Shown: positions 25,050 to 37,635 of the stretch, in pieces | Layout: every line of letters starts with the position of its first letter | Position numbering within the stretch: position 1 is the stretch's first letter | Source of the DNA: Camelus dromedarius | Lineage: Eukaryota | Assembly: GCF_036321535.1 (NCBI RefSeq) | Contig: NC_087437.1 | Span: forward strand, 113,896,001 to 113,960,000 | Reading direction: 5' to 3' | Length of the DNA: 64,000 nucleotides | Notes under the pieces: generated by a model | Databases searched by the model: none | The model's input: only the letters and a program-made list of their open reading frames with translations | What the model was told of the DNA's origin: nothing | Position numbers and translations under genes: made by a program

Positions 25050-25235
25050 AGTCACGTAGGGAGCTGCTGATATGTGAGTTGAAGGGAGCCTGGATCTCTG
25101 AGTCAGCAAATGAAGAAGAGACATTAATGACCCATGTTGAACTTGGAGTAACAGGATGTGAATATTTTTGTTAAGCCAGTGGGATTTGGGTGCTTTTCTG
25201 TGTGGCTACTAGAATTAATCAACCTAACTACCATG
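25050..25235 (+). mobile_element. Older MaLR LTR 3' part (MLT1J/K-like), probably interrupted by the MLT1D-like LTR
   Basis: GGAGCCTGGATCTCTGAG and TGTTAAGCCAGTGGGATTTGGG; probable 5' part at about 24375-24545. Confidence 0.55.
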
Positions 25236-25729
25236 GTGATGGTTAACAATTTGTGATTTTGTTCAGTTTCTTTTTTTTAAAGCTACATGGGCTGGATTTT
25301 CCATTCCAACAAATATAATTCATACACATTGATAGTAAAATATTCTCCAAAGATAATTTGGATCTTCAACATTTAACAGAGACCCTACAACAATAAATAC
25401 TGAATGGAACTGAACAAAAAATAAAAATAAGCAAGCACCCAACAAAAACAATGCGAAATCTTGACAACTGAGATACTCTGATCCATTTTGAGCAATTATT
25501 CATGTGAAGAGAATTATCTTGTTCAAAGACTATTGCTCTGTCCTGGGTTAGGATAAGGCCAGGATTTCTCTGGAAGTCTGCCCCTCCTGCCCAGCTCACT
25601 CCCAAGCTGACCAGTCCATGGAAGGAGCTACAGAAAACTAAGGCTCCTGGTCCAAGTCTCTGGCCAACCGTTGGGACATGAGACATATGGACCACAGAGA
25701 AACATGCTGAGACCAGTTCACCCATCAGG

Positions 25730-25940
25730 AAATAGCATGGATTTTGGAAACAGATCATTCTGGGTACCAATCAGAGCTCAGCCAATTCTTAGATGTGTGG
25801 TTTGGGCAAGTAACTCTGTGAGCCTCTGTCTACTTAGCTATCAAACAAGATACCCAACCTAACTTGGGATGTTGATGTGAAGATTCCATGGGACACAGCT
25901 GACCTAGTACAGGTCTAGGCATCTAGTAGGGCTTTGTCCT
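25730..25940 (+). mobile_element. MIR
   Basis: AGCATGGATTTTGGA...TTGGGCAAGT...GAGCCTCTGT...GGCATCTAGTAGG. Confidence 0.7.
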
Positions 25941-25971
25941 TATCATTCGGAATTGATAAAAAAATCTTGAG

Positions 25972-26427
25972 TGATATGGTTAATTCAATTGTCAACTTGG
26001 CTGGGCCCCAGGGTGCCCAGATATGTGGTCAAACACAATTCTAGGTGTTTCTGTGAGGGTATTCTGGATGAGATTATCATTTAAATCAGTGAATTTTTAG
26101 TAAGCAGCTTGCCCTTTTCATGTGGGTGAGCCTCATCCAATCAGTTGAAGGATGGAAGAGAACAAAAACCATTTCCCCTGCACAAGAGAGAATTCTCCAA
26201 CAGACTGCCTCTAGAGTTCATTTTGCACCCTTGGCTCTTCCTGGTTCTACAGCAAACTTTCTTGGGACTTGATCCAAAACTTTGGTTCTCCAGCCTCGCA
26301 GGCCTACCCTGATTTTTGGACTCTCCAGCCTCCATAATTGCATGAGCCAATTTCTTATAATATATCCTTTTATATGTATACACACATCCAACTGGTTCTG
26401 TTTCTCTGGAAAAACCTGACTAATACA
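25972..26427 (+). mobile_element. ERVL solo LTR (MLT2B-like)
   Basis: TGGTTAATT...TGTCAACTTGGCTGGG start and GGTTCTGTTTCTCTGGAAAAACCTGACTAATACA end; near-TSD TTGAG/CTGAG. Confidence 0.9.
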
Positions 26428-27234
26428 CTGAGAGTAAGTTAAAGATGAGCTTAGTTTAACATTCTATCCTGGTAAACTGGCAAAGCTGTCACTAGATCTG
26501 AAAGATAATTGATAATATTTTAATTATTCTGGGCGATAATTGTTTTCAGGAAATATTGATTATGAGTCTTCATTTAACCACCATGGTCAGACTTAGAAGA
26601 ATCCCAAGATCCATGAAATAACCATGTAGAAGCTTTATTTTTTAAGAGACCTGTATTAAAGGTAAGAGGAAAAAAAAATTGCAGTCACTTAATAAGGTGA
26701 TACAAGAACTTAGATAGCACTTAATAAATATAATAAAAATTATTTGTAAAGCTGAAGGCCTATGAGCTTTCAATGTATGGGATAAAGTATTTTAAACGTG
26801 AATAATCAGTGAACATCAAGCTAAGTTTCATTTATCTTCTAATTTACATTTTTACTGTCCATATTCTCAGGTCATGCTAGGTGAAAGCTGGAAATATCTA
26901 CTGCCTCATTTGAAAAGAAACAAGCCATCTAAACAGAAGCCTGCAGAGTCCTTTTGTATGCAACATAGAGCTATAAATATTCGTTTCAAGTGCAGATCAC
27001 TCAGAGTGCTCTCAAAGTGATACATTGCAAATAATTTCAAGTTATGTAATAGCACAAACGGGCCAATAACTGAGACTAAGTCACCATTCACCATGTGCAG
27101 TGGACAGGCTGAGAGTGACAGCACTGGACAGAAGAAACCATTAAACTGTGTCAACTCAGACTAGTATAAAGCATCCAAATGGCCTGTTCTGCTTGTTAAT
27201 GACCACGAGAGTATGCTCTTTAAATATATATATA

Positions 27235-27690
27235 CATGAACTTTCCATTTTAAAATGGTTTTAGACTTATCAAAAAGTTGCAAAGAAAGTACAGAGAGTT
27301 TCCGTATAGCCGTCATCTGTTTCCTCCTGTAGTTAACGTCAGGAGTAGCCATGATACATTTGTTCCAACCCAAATTTAATACATTTGCTATGAACTGAAC
27401 TCTACATTTTCTTTGGATTTCTCTTAGTGTTCCCTTAAACCGTCTTTCTGTCCCAGGCTCCCACCCTACATGACATTTGTTCATCCTCTCCTCTTAGTCT
27501 CTTCTGCTCTGTTACTTTCTCAGCCATTCCTAGTTGTTCATGACCTTGATGGTTTTGAGGAACACTGGCCAAGGGTTTTGTAGAGCTTCCTTCTGTTTGG
27601 TCCACCTAATGTTTCTTTCATGGTTAGACTGAGGTTATGGGTCTTGAGCAGAATATCATAGATGAGGTGCCCTCGTTCACATGTCTGATG
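27235..27690 (-). mobile_element. L1MC/L1MD-type 3' end
   Basis: TTTTAGACTTATCAAAAAGTTGCAAAGAAAGTACAGAGAGTT, antisense and related to the end of the 10650-11665 element. Confidence 0.8.
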
Positions 27691-28014
27691 GTTGGTTTTG
27701 GTGGTCAGCTAGTCCCCTCTCCCCACACGGTCCCTCATTCTCAGGGAGGCTAGTATGGATTTCTTGCCCCCAATACATAGTTTACTTTCAAGTTTGGGTA
27801 CTGTTTCTGGACTCTGACCACCAGTCACTTAAAGTCTTGTGCTTTGGGGAAAGTAGTTTATGTGCTTTAAACCTTTGTTATGAGATATAAGTAGGGTTAA
27901 AAATGACTTAATACAGTGCCTAGCAAATGGAAAGTCTCAAAAACTATCAGCTAATACAATTATTATTACAACAGTTATTGTTTTAAGAATTATCATTAAA
28001 TCTAAAATATTTGT

Positions 28015-28335
28015 TGTTCTTTCTCCTACGTAGTTAGGTGGGACCATGTGACTGAGTTCTGGCTGAAAGAATGTGGACAGAAGTGATACAAGCTATCTAT
28101 AGGGCTGACCCTTAAAAACTTCTCCATGACCCTTCACAATGCTCTCCTTCTTGTTCTACCAGCTGGATACTGAAATCCTGACAAGGACCAGGAGATCCTA
28201 AAAGATGGTGACTCACAAGCTGGAAGGGGACTGGGTCCTGGTGTGACCACGTGGAAGGCCACTCACTGAGAATCCACAACATGTTGTGTGAGCAAGAAAT
28301 ACATTGTTACTCAAGAAATCCCTGAGATGGTGGGG
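28015..28335 (+). mobile_element. Old MaLR LTR (MLT1J-like)
   Basis: AGTTAGGTGGGACCATGTGACTGAGTTCTGGC...GTGAGCAAGAAATA. Confidence 0.75.
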
Positions 28336-30284
28336 AGGGGAATCTCAAAGGAAATTTTCTTGGTTATTTTTTTTTTTTTCTGAAAGGACAGAAACTCACT
28401 TGAATTATCGAAGATTCAGGCAGTATAACTGGAAGTATATGGAAGTATCTCACAGATCCCAGGAGGAGTTATGGCCAGGCTTTGTGAGAGTCAGAAGCAT
28501 GAACTATACAGCTAACTACACACGTTACTCCTACCATCTCTCTGGTGGTGTTTGGAATCTTATATCTGGTCCTTTCTGATGCTCTTCATTCATTTTTTCC
28601 TTCTTGCAGATTTGCTTTCTCTGCTTCTCCTGGCACCTAGTCCAGAGCCACCACCTCAGGTAACCCTAGAGACCATCAGAGAAGATGATTGGTTCAGGCT
28701 GGGCCAATCAGCTGTGGCTAAGGGGTGGAGCCACTTCACACAACGCTGGTCCGTTTTCATAGAGGGGAGAAACACTGAAAGGTGTCCTTAGGAACGTTAG
28801 TGAGATTAGACACACTCATTTAACTCACTGGGAGAAGTGTTGGTGCAACCTACACTTTACATCTTATTTTATGACTCCCTTATTTTTACAACGTGCCCCT
28901 CAATTTTTTTTTTAAGTGTCTATTTAATGGAAGAATGGTCTCTTTGGTTATCTACCATAATGAAGACTATACTGGACATTTTTATCCTTGGGAATTTTAT
29001 CTTAGTTATGAAGACATAGTAATTCTAAGCTGATGTGGCAAAATTTATTTCTATACTATCTCTCATCAAGTTTTAGTTGCATGCTGTGCAACTGACTCAG
29101 GCACAAGGCATTCTGTTTGATTGAAATGTTGGCAATTTCCTGCTGGCCTTGACTCTTAGATGAGAACATTTTGTAAGACACTCATCTCATTACTTCTAGG
29201 TAATACGACTCATGCAGAGTGTTTGCAACGTGGTGATGTTGTCTTAATGCTGAACTATGCTGTGTTTTAAGCTTCGGCATGCGGGCATCCCCTGGGCTTA
29301 CTTTCAAGCTCCCCAGTTGAATTACTTTATACTTTCACTCTCAGTTGGAATCTCCTCCAACTCCCTGGCTGAATTGCTTTGCCACATTTGGGGCCAATCA
29401 GCAGGAGCTGTTTATCTCTCAGAAGAGTATGAGCTGTTGTTTCCCATCTCACTTAGCTCTCCCTTTCAGTGACATCAACTAACTGTCATTTTCATTAAGT
29501 AATTTCCGTGGCGTTCCTGGTGCCAGATAACCAAGGATGAGATCAAGGATAAAAAGGCTGCTATGAAATTGTTCATATAAAATTCGACAGCCTCTCCTTA
29601 GCTTCTCACAAGTGGGGATGTCAGAGGCAACAGCAGAGAGGGGGAAAAGCCACAAACTGAAGAGGGAGAGAGATTCCAGGGGCATTTCTCCAGAAATACC
29701 TCTCTGATATGTAGAAAGGGACAAAGGGGGGGGGGTTGACATTGAGTGAAAAAGAATATGAAAGTAGCATCTCTTAAAAACGACTGAGGGTCTCTGCCTT
29801 CTCTTAGATCAAAGCCATCAGTATGATAGGCAGATGTGAGAGGAAACCAGGAAACTAAGACACAGCCCAGGAGGGCAGGGCTTTCAGAAGGTCTAAAGTC
29901 ACTGGCCATGACCGAGAGCCGTAGACCCTTCACATGCCCCCAAAACCAGTGAGAAATCTGCATTGGGAGGGTTCCACCACTTCAGCAATTGAGGGGCAGA
30001 TGGAAGACAGCCGAGAGCCTGGGGACCTAGTGGTTTAGGAAATCCCAGCTACCACACTTCCATTTGGAGGTGGTTCGTGGGGTGTCATTTGCTGTTTTCA
30101 GCTGCTTTCCTGGTAACTTGTGGTACAGAGTGCCAAAGAAGGGGAGCCCTGGGCCAGGCCTTCTACAGCCTTCAGGTAGTCCCAGGGGGCCTAGAGGGGA
30201 AAGCTTGCTGGCAAACTAGCCACAGTGCCCATTTGTTAGTGCTTCCCATGAGTGGGGACTTTACCAAGAGGTGCACGTCCTCAC

Positions 30285-30410
30285 CAGAGCCCCAGGATGG
30301 AGATGTTATCATTGCTGCTTTACAGATGAGGAAGCAGAGGCTCAAAGAGACTGGGGGCTCAGCAAAGCTGGGTGTGCATCCTGTCCTGTGTGACTTCAGA
30401 GTTTTCCCGT
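30285..30410 (-). mobile_element. MIR core fragment
   Basis: TTTACAGATGAGGAAGCAGAGGCTCA. Confidence 0.75.
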
Positions 30411-32776
30411 AACCACAGAAGTCTCCAGCTCTCAGATTGTTTGGGAGCATTCTGGAAGATTCCCTCAACTCTCATCCTGTAAGAGATGCCAGCACGGTGC
30501 AAGAATCAACAGCCATTGGTTTGTCTGCTGCTTTTGCTTTAGCTTTGCCACTTTGTGGAGGAGCTGACTTTGGATGGGATGTCGGGTCAGGGGCTTATTT
30601 CTGGGCCAAGCAGAACTCCAGTTCTGCTGCTAACAGCCTGTCTCAGAGGAGCACAGCTAGGGATGGAGTGGGGGCATTGTGAACGGCACTTCTGCACATG
30701 GGCGTATAAGAAAATGAGAGCTGGTCCAACTCGTGTATGCACCCCTTCCAGAGCCCAGAGGAGCAGTGCATCCCAGGGGTGAGAATGGCTCCGTAAGGCT
30801 GCAGATGTGGCAGCCCGAAGCAGTCCTCGGGGTCTCGGGCTTTAGACCCAGGGCTCTGCTCTGAGACCCTGTGCCTGGGATGCAGTTAGGGATGGATGCT
30901 CAGTGTACAGAATTGGCAAAGGGCTGATGGGCCGAAAGAAGCAAGGACATCAAAAAGGGCAGCACTGCTGGAGGGCCTTGGGAATGCCAGTTTTCAGAAT
31001 GGACTGGTTCCTGCTGCCCACCCCCCCACATTTTGAAATTTAGCAGAACCAACAATATTGGCAACCATCTGCTGCTAACTTCCTAGGAGGACATTTGGTT
31101 ATCTTATCAACCCAGATGACTCAGAGACGCCTACGTCAAAGGGAGGGGGTGAGATGTAGATGAGATGGAATCTGGGGTGTCTCCCAGTCTGGGATGATGA
31201 CAGGACACATGGTGATACAGCCTACTGCTCAGCTTACTAAGTGAGCCCCCATGCTCCAAATGCATCTTGACTGCTGCAGCCCCAGGACTGTAGATGATCC
31301 TCTTACCCTTGACTGATTTCTCCTCACCCTGGGATTATCCCAGGGTGGTCCTCAGCTTCCTTGACCTCTCTGTGCAATGCTCTTGGTCTCTGGTCACTTC
31401 ATGACACAAGACACTATAGAAGATGTCCGTCTGTGTCTTTGGTGGTCTGGACCACTCCTGTCCTTTTCTTCCTTCAGTTACTGGAGTTTGTGGAACAAAT
31501 GTTGTTACAGAAAACCCATTCCTGCTTTCCTCCAAGTTCATGGGCTTTAAGAAACAAATTCTAGCAGAGCTAAGAGCCTGCAAGGATATTTAATAGGTGA
31601 TTCCAAGCAAGTTAATTAACAAGTCTTACTATAAAATTGTCTTTGAGGGACATCAGTTGCGTCACACAGCAGAAACCCATGTGGAAATCCAGCCAGTGCC
31701 CGCAGGCTGCTCAGGGCACTGCACCAAGTGTGAGGGCCACACTGCACAGCGTCACTGCTGGGGAGCCCTGTCTGATGGGAACGGGCTGCACGGCTGGTGT
31801 GTCTCCCGGCAGGAGTGAGGCTCACCCATGCCTTGAGAGTTGCTGAGACTCGTGTGAACTGTGCCCTGCAGACACTCCAACCCTTGGCCAGTAGTCATGA
31901 CACTCGTGAACCCCCCTGGCGTGGAGGAGGGGTGTGCTCTCGAGTGAAAGCCTGGAGCGCCTGGCCTCCTGAAGGAATACACAGTGGGGCAGGTGGGAAT
32001 TTGCTCAGGGCACAAACCGACCTGTGTCCCCATCACCCCACACAGGGTGTAAATGCAGGACAGTAAGCAGAAGAGGCACAAAGGTCTAACTCTAAGGCCT
32101 GGGGTAGACAGGGCTTCCACGTGACTCTTGGTTCCTGCGTCATGTACCAATGATCCAGCTGGGGACTCGGAGAGGCCGCCACGTTAAGGCGATGGCAACC
32201 TATGGGTGAAATGCTCCCAGGCAAGGTCCTGATGGTGGTGGGGCTGAGGAAAGGGGGTCTGCAGTGCTAGGGAAATCCAGGGGTTTCCAGGAAAGGTCGC
32301 TGAATCTTGTTCATGCCTGGACCCTGATTATGGGCTTTGTGAGCCATGGAAGTCAGCAACTAGTGTCAGTGGGGCATCTCGTGACCGGGCAGGATAAGGA
32401 CATCTCCAAGGAGTCAAGAGGGTCCAGAGAAGAGGAGAAGGACCTATATCCAGATGTGAGGCTCTCACCTCACTGCTACTGTGACAACAGGTAGGCTATC
32501 CTGTGGGCCATTTCCTATAGGCTGTGTCCAGCACCACCTTAGAAAGGAAAGCTTGGTTGGCTGGAGGGGATCAGGGGAGGCGTTAGAAGATAAACCTTGA
32601 AAGAATTAGCATTTGCCCAAAGAGGCGGCGTTAATCCAAAGCAAGGCTATTTCTTATGCTAGCTGTGAGGCTAAGGAGGCTTAGCGATGAGACTCAGTAA
32701 GAATAAGACTTCTAGTGCTTTTGCAGCGAAGACACTGAGGCCCATCTAATCAGGAAGTGGCGGCGGCCTTCTTGAA

Positions 32777-32979
32777 CGATGCTGTCCAGTACAGCAGCCC
32801 CTGGCTGCATGTGGCAGTTAGATTTACATTAACTAACCCTAAAAGTTAAATCCAGTTCCTCAGTGCCACCAGTCACATTTCAAGGGCTCAATAGCCACAG
32901 AGAGCTAATGGCTACCATATTGGACAGAGCAGGTGTAAACCACGCCCAGCATCTCAGGACGTTCTGCTGGACAATGCTT
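32777..32979. mobile_element. hAT-Charlie MITE (MER3-like)
   Basis: CAGTTCCTCAGT...CACATTTCAAGGGCTCAATAGCCAC...GGCTACCATATTGGACAG with GCTGTCCA/TGGACA inverted ends. Confidence 0.85.
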
Positions 32980-33149
32980 CTCTGAGATGTAAGCCCCAGG
33001 ATACAGGGCTCTTCCCCGTCTTATTACTGACTGTGACCTCGGGCATCTAGAGCGAGCCCAGCACATAAGTGAATAGGGTCAAGATTTTCCCTGAAGTAGA
33101 GCTCTCCAAAATACGGTCCTAGTCAACCTCTCCAGGCCTTGTTCCTCGT

Positions 33150-33340
33150 TATTCATTCATTCAGTCCACATCCTGAACGTGGGCCTCTGAAGCGCCCAGT
33201 GCTCTGAAAGATGCTGAGGACAAAAGCGAAGACGGAGTCCCTGCCCTTGCAGAGCCCACTCTCCAACAGGGAAGACGGCCAACAAACAAGCAAGTAGAAG
33301 CCCCAGTAGTTACAGCAGGTGAGAAGCCCCGTGAAGGAAA
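33150..33340 (-). mobile_element. LINE-2 3' end
   Basis: (ATTC)n tail followed by GTCCCTGCCCTTGCAGAGC. Confidence 0.7.
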
Positions 33341-36300
33341 CGCGCACGGCGGAAGAGGCGGAAGCAGCTGCCTCACGTTTCTCTGGTTTCTCCGCGGAGG
33401 TGGCATTCCAGCTACGACCAGAGGCTCCCTGCACCTGTATCCCCAGAATCTGCCCCATTGGTGGTAGCTAAGAACGCCACTAAGTAGTTGTCGGCTATCT
33501 AGATGAGAAGGAACCAGGTACTCAAAGGGGCGGACGCAAGCCATTCCTGGCAAGTGGAGTCTGAAACACTTAATGGGGATGTGAGCTTGTGCAAAGAGCA
33601 GAAAGAAGATTGCAGAGACTGGACCAGAATCAGCAGGTGGGGGAGAGATGCGAGTGGGGGTTTTAAGAAGTTTCTGGGCCTCTTTGAGGACCTGGGGCAC
33701 GGAGATGCGGGCACACCTGCTGGGTGTCAGTCCAATTGGACTTTTCCCAAGGCTGTTCAGACCACTCTCCTTGCTCTGCTCCCCGTCATCACCCCCAGTT
33801 GCCATTCTCACGTTGGGATGCTCTTCTCTTATGTTTTTGCTTTTGAAATTCCTCCTATCCTTCAAGACCTCAGATGTGTGCCTGCCCATTGGTGACTTTC
33901 CCCTTTATTGCTGGGGAACATGACAGCACTGACTACCTGAATCATTTGCATGTGCGGTGTTCAGCAAGCTGGATCGTTTTCTGAGTTTGGTCTTCCCTCT
34001 GTTTCAAGAACCACTGGATGCTGTGGGTGCCTCTTAAACACCTTCCTGTCCCCTAGTCCAGGGGTAGCACCCGGTCCAGCATCTTAGATGGAAGTGCTCA
34101 ACATTATCTGTTGAAGGAACAAATGATCGACTGTATCTGTCTTTGCTGATTTACGTCTTTCTTTTTGATTAACATCTTCTTATTTGCATAATCCCACTTC
34201 CTTGAATATCATTTCCTAACCAACTCTATGGAGAGAATACCAAACTATTCTTTTAAACATAGTATCTGTCCCTGGTGGGCAGCACTTGGCAGCAACAATG
34301 GTCTGAAATCTCCAAAGGCTTGGTAAGCGCCATGGGGAAGCACGAACTGTGTTCAATTAACTCCTGTTACTGAAAGTAAATGGAGGTGCTTAAGCCAACC
34401 GTCACGCATTGGCAATCGCTGCTGTGACTAGGCTGCGAATGCCTTAAACACACTTTATTCATCTCAACACAGGCAGGGCGGTGGGCACTTGGCACCCAGT
34501 AGGCTCTCTGGACACGCTGGTCAAAGGCACAAATAACTCCATGAGTCCTGAGCCGTCTGATGGGTTCACTGGGAAGGGACGAGTCCCGTGGTGGCAGCTC
34601 GCTCTGAAGTCCGGGAGTCCCCGGAGAGGTAGACCACACCATCCTTGTGAAGGTGGTCTGGCATTTTTACTGCCCACCCTGGTCCAATTTAGATGTGAAA
34701 AGAGGGTGGCCAATCAGTGAAAATGTAATAATAAATACAATCAAATGTTTTCCATCTTACTCGTCACCTGCCACCACTTAGAGTCATATCATTCTGTCTT
34801 TACTGCCTTCCTTCATCCTGCCCCAGAGCCCTCATTCTGTCTGTCAGCGATCCTCATGAAGGGCTCCTTCCCTTGCTCACGTGAGCTGGCAGGGTAAGGA
34901 AGGTTTGGGTTATTCCTCCTCTTCCTTCTTTCTTTTCTCTCTTGAAGGGTTTTTCTAAAATGCATTTCGTTTGCAAATATTAGCATCATGTCTATTTTTG
35001 CGTTAGCTTGCAGTGTCTTCATTGGTGGTGTCTTCCAGCCCATTAGTCAGAGTCTTAATTCATTAGTGAAAATGAGAGGGTCTCTATGGTGAGAAGCGGG
35101 AAAGGAGGTTCCGTGAGTGGGATGCTGTGGTCCAGGCCCTCCATGAGGATTCTGCTGTTTCAAGCAGCCCCGAAAGAACTGCTTCCCTCCTCCTCTTTTC
35201 CTTATGGTGTTGGGAGGGGAGGGGGGTTCCTCTTATTTTCTGCAACCGTTTACTTAGGCAGGCATCAATAATTCAGGGCACCGGCTCCCTTTCTGAAAGC
35301 CCAGGTGAGGGCAGAGGGCCTAGCCCAGTCCAGCAGCTCATCTGCTCTCTGCCTGCAAGAGTCCATGGAGATCACTCCAGGCTCCTGGCTGGCCAGACCA
35401 CGGCGGCCAGAGACAGAGAGGAGAGGGGAGGGGACGAGAACCCAGTGAGCACTGACTTTCCAGCTGAGATCTGCTTCTGTGTTCTTTCTTTAGGTGCTTC
35501 CCTTACTCCTTGAGAATGCCAGAGGCTACATCTTGGATGGCAACCCCTCCATCCCTTCTGAGCAGCACTGTGCTACCCAGAGAAGGCGCCAGTCGCAGCC
35601 CCAGACCCAGGCTTCTCACACCAGACCAGGTAAGGGGACTTCAAATTCCTTCTTTGATTTTCCAAATATTTATACGAGACTCAAAGATGAAGACATGTCC
35701 GTGCCCCAGGTGAGGTCCATTTACAGCCTGAGTTAGCCTTTAACTGCGATGTCTGGAAGGAGGCGGGCTGCACTCTTAGCTCTGGGATGCGTGTAAGTTT
35801 CACAGCTGCAGAGAGCTACACAGGCAGGTGTTTAAACCCTCTTCTTTCCAGAGAATTCAGAGTGCTCCGTCCCTGGTGCTGTTCTTTGTTCTCGAGTTGA
35901 GTCTGGCTTCTCCACTCAATCCTCAGACAGCCCTTACGAGGTTGCTCGGCTCCGTGTTTCTTTGAGACGTTACTTGGGATTTCTGATTCATATTGTGAGA
36001 AAGGATTTTGTTTCCCAGAAGAAAGACATAAGAACACATGTCCTATCTCTACCAACCTTCCCGTCCTCCCCTTGCCGTGGGTCCTGTTAACCTAAGTTCA
36101 CTCAAGACACTTAATTACCCCTGCCTGGGCCAGTGGAGGGGGCATATCTATTTTTTTTACAAATCTCTAAAGAAGACTCCAGAACTTCCCTATGTAACAG
36201 TCCTCACTGGCAGAGCAACCTTCAAATTCCCCCCAATACTCATACCATTTCCTCTCATCTCCCCGAGACAACCAGTGATGGGTCTTTGTCACCATCCTCC

Positions 36301-36824
36301 TCATGTTAACGCTTTCCTTAGCTGGGAGACCTTGCGTTTGTGGTGTTGGGTCCCCTGAACTCTCTGCCACAGTTATTTAAATTGCTTGGCTAATGTTTTC
36401 CTGCCTCCAGACCTTGTCTAGTCCATTTTATACTGCAAACCACTGCCAGCATAATCCTCCCCGGTGTGGTTCCCATCAAGCCACCCCAGCCCATCCCCTG
36501 AGCCCTCACCAAAGGCATATGGGAGCTCCGCATTGCCCAGCAGAGTGCAAAGCTGTCACGTGGGGTGTCTTGTAGGGGCCCCATCCTGGCGATCACGCCT
36601 TCCAGCCAGGCCCCGGGCATTCTCTAAGCATCCTCCTTGCTCTCTGAGGTCTTGACCATTTCTCCTCTCCACCCAGCAGGCTGCCCACCATCCCCGTTTC
36701 TACCAGGTGAAGTCCTGCCCCCTCACTGAGTGCCGCAGGGGCGTGCGAGTTAACTACACAGAGTCCCTGACCTACTTCCTCAGCCCAGATCTAGTTAAGA
36801 CAGAAAAAACATGGGCAGTTCAAC

Positions 36825-37000
36825 CCATAGAACACGGTAAGCCCAGTGCTTTGGGGCTGCTGTGGGAACCCACAGCCTGCTTTGTGGGAGTGACACTTAA
36901 ACTGTGTCTCGAAGGGCGCAGGAAGGAGTCAGTCGTACGAAGCTGCTGGAAGGCTACTCCAGATAGAGGGAACCACAGAAGCAAAGGAAAGTAAAAGCAG
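36825..37000 (-). mobile_element. LINE-2 fragment
   Basis: GAGTGACACTTAAACTG...TCCAGATAGAGGGAACCACAGAAGCAAAGG. Confidence 0.6.
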
Positions 37001-37119
37001 TTTATCAGAGTAGGCAGCAGATCGTGGAGCGGGGCCAAGAGCAGCTTCACTGCAGACTCACTGCGTAGCGAGACTGCACGTGGCCTCTGCCTGGCCTGGC
37101 CTGGCCTGCTCCGCTGGCC

Positions 37120-37270
37120 CGTTACCCTGCCAGGTGGGTGTTGCTGTCATCAGAGCCGTTCAGCAGATGAAGACACTGAGGCACGATGGAATGCGGGCAT
37201 GTGGCTGCGCTCACAGAGGCAGTAGGTCAAGTGCAGGGTCCAGGAGTGAACCCAGAACCTGACTCTCCAC
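37120..37270 (-). mobile_element. MIR
   Basis: CAGATGAAGACACTGAGGCAC...CCAGGAGTGAACCCAG. Confidence 0.7.
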
Positions 37271-37403
37271 GGCTGTCCTGCTTCAGCTGACCCTGCAGTC
37301 ACAGAAGAGGCTGGAATGCGGTTCCGGGCCTGACGGCACTGGCCTCTCATGCAAACCCAGATGCGCCACGTTGACTTTCTGGATCTTAGATCTTCCAGTG
37401 TAA

Positions 37404-37635
37404 CAGTGGTTCCCAACCAAGGGGCGATTGTGCCCCCCAGGGGACAGCGGGCCATGTCTGAAGATACTTTTGGTTGTTCCAGCTGCGGGGAGGGGACCAG
37501 CATCTGGGGAGGGGACCAGCATCTAATGAGTGGAGGCCAGAGATGCTCTACAGCAACTACAAAGCATGGGGCAGCTCCAAAAACAGGGGACGCCTGCTCT
37601 ACAGAGTGGGCACCACGACCTCCACGCACAGCCTG
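37404..37635 (+). mobile_element. hAT-Charlie MITE (MER20-like)
   Basis: CAGTGGTTCCCAACCAAGGGGCGATTGTGCCCCCCAGGGGACA start; GAGGCCAGAGATGCT. Confidence 0.85.

Noticed and set aside
33161..33889. Longest ORF in the track (242 aa, minus strand)
   Set aside because: No recognisable domain, overlaps an L2 relic, and such lengths occur by chance in GC-richer DNA
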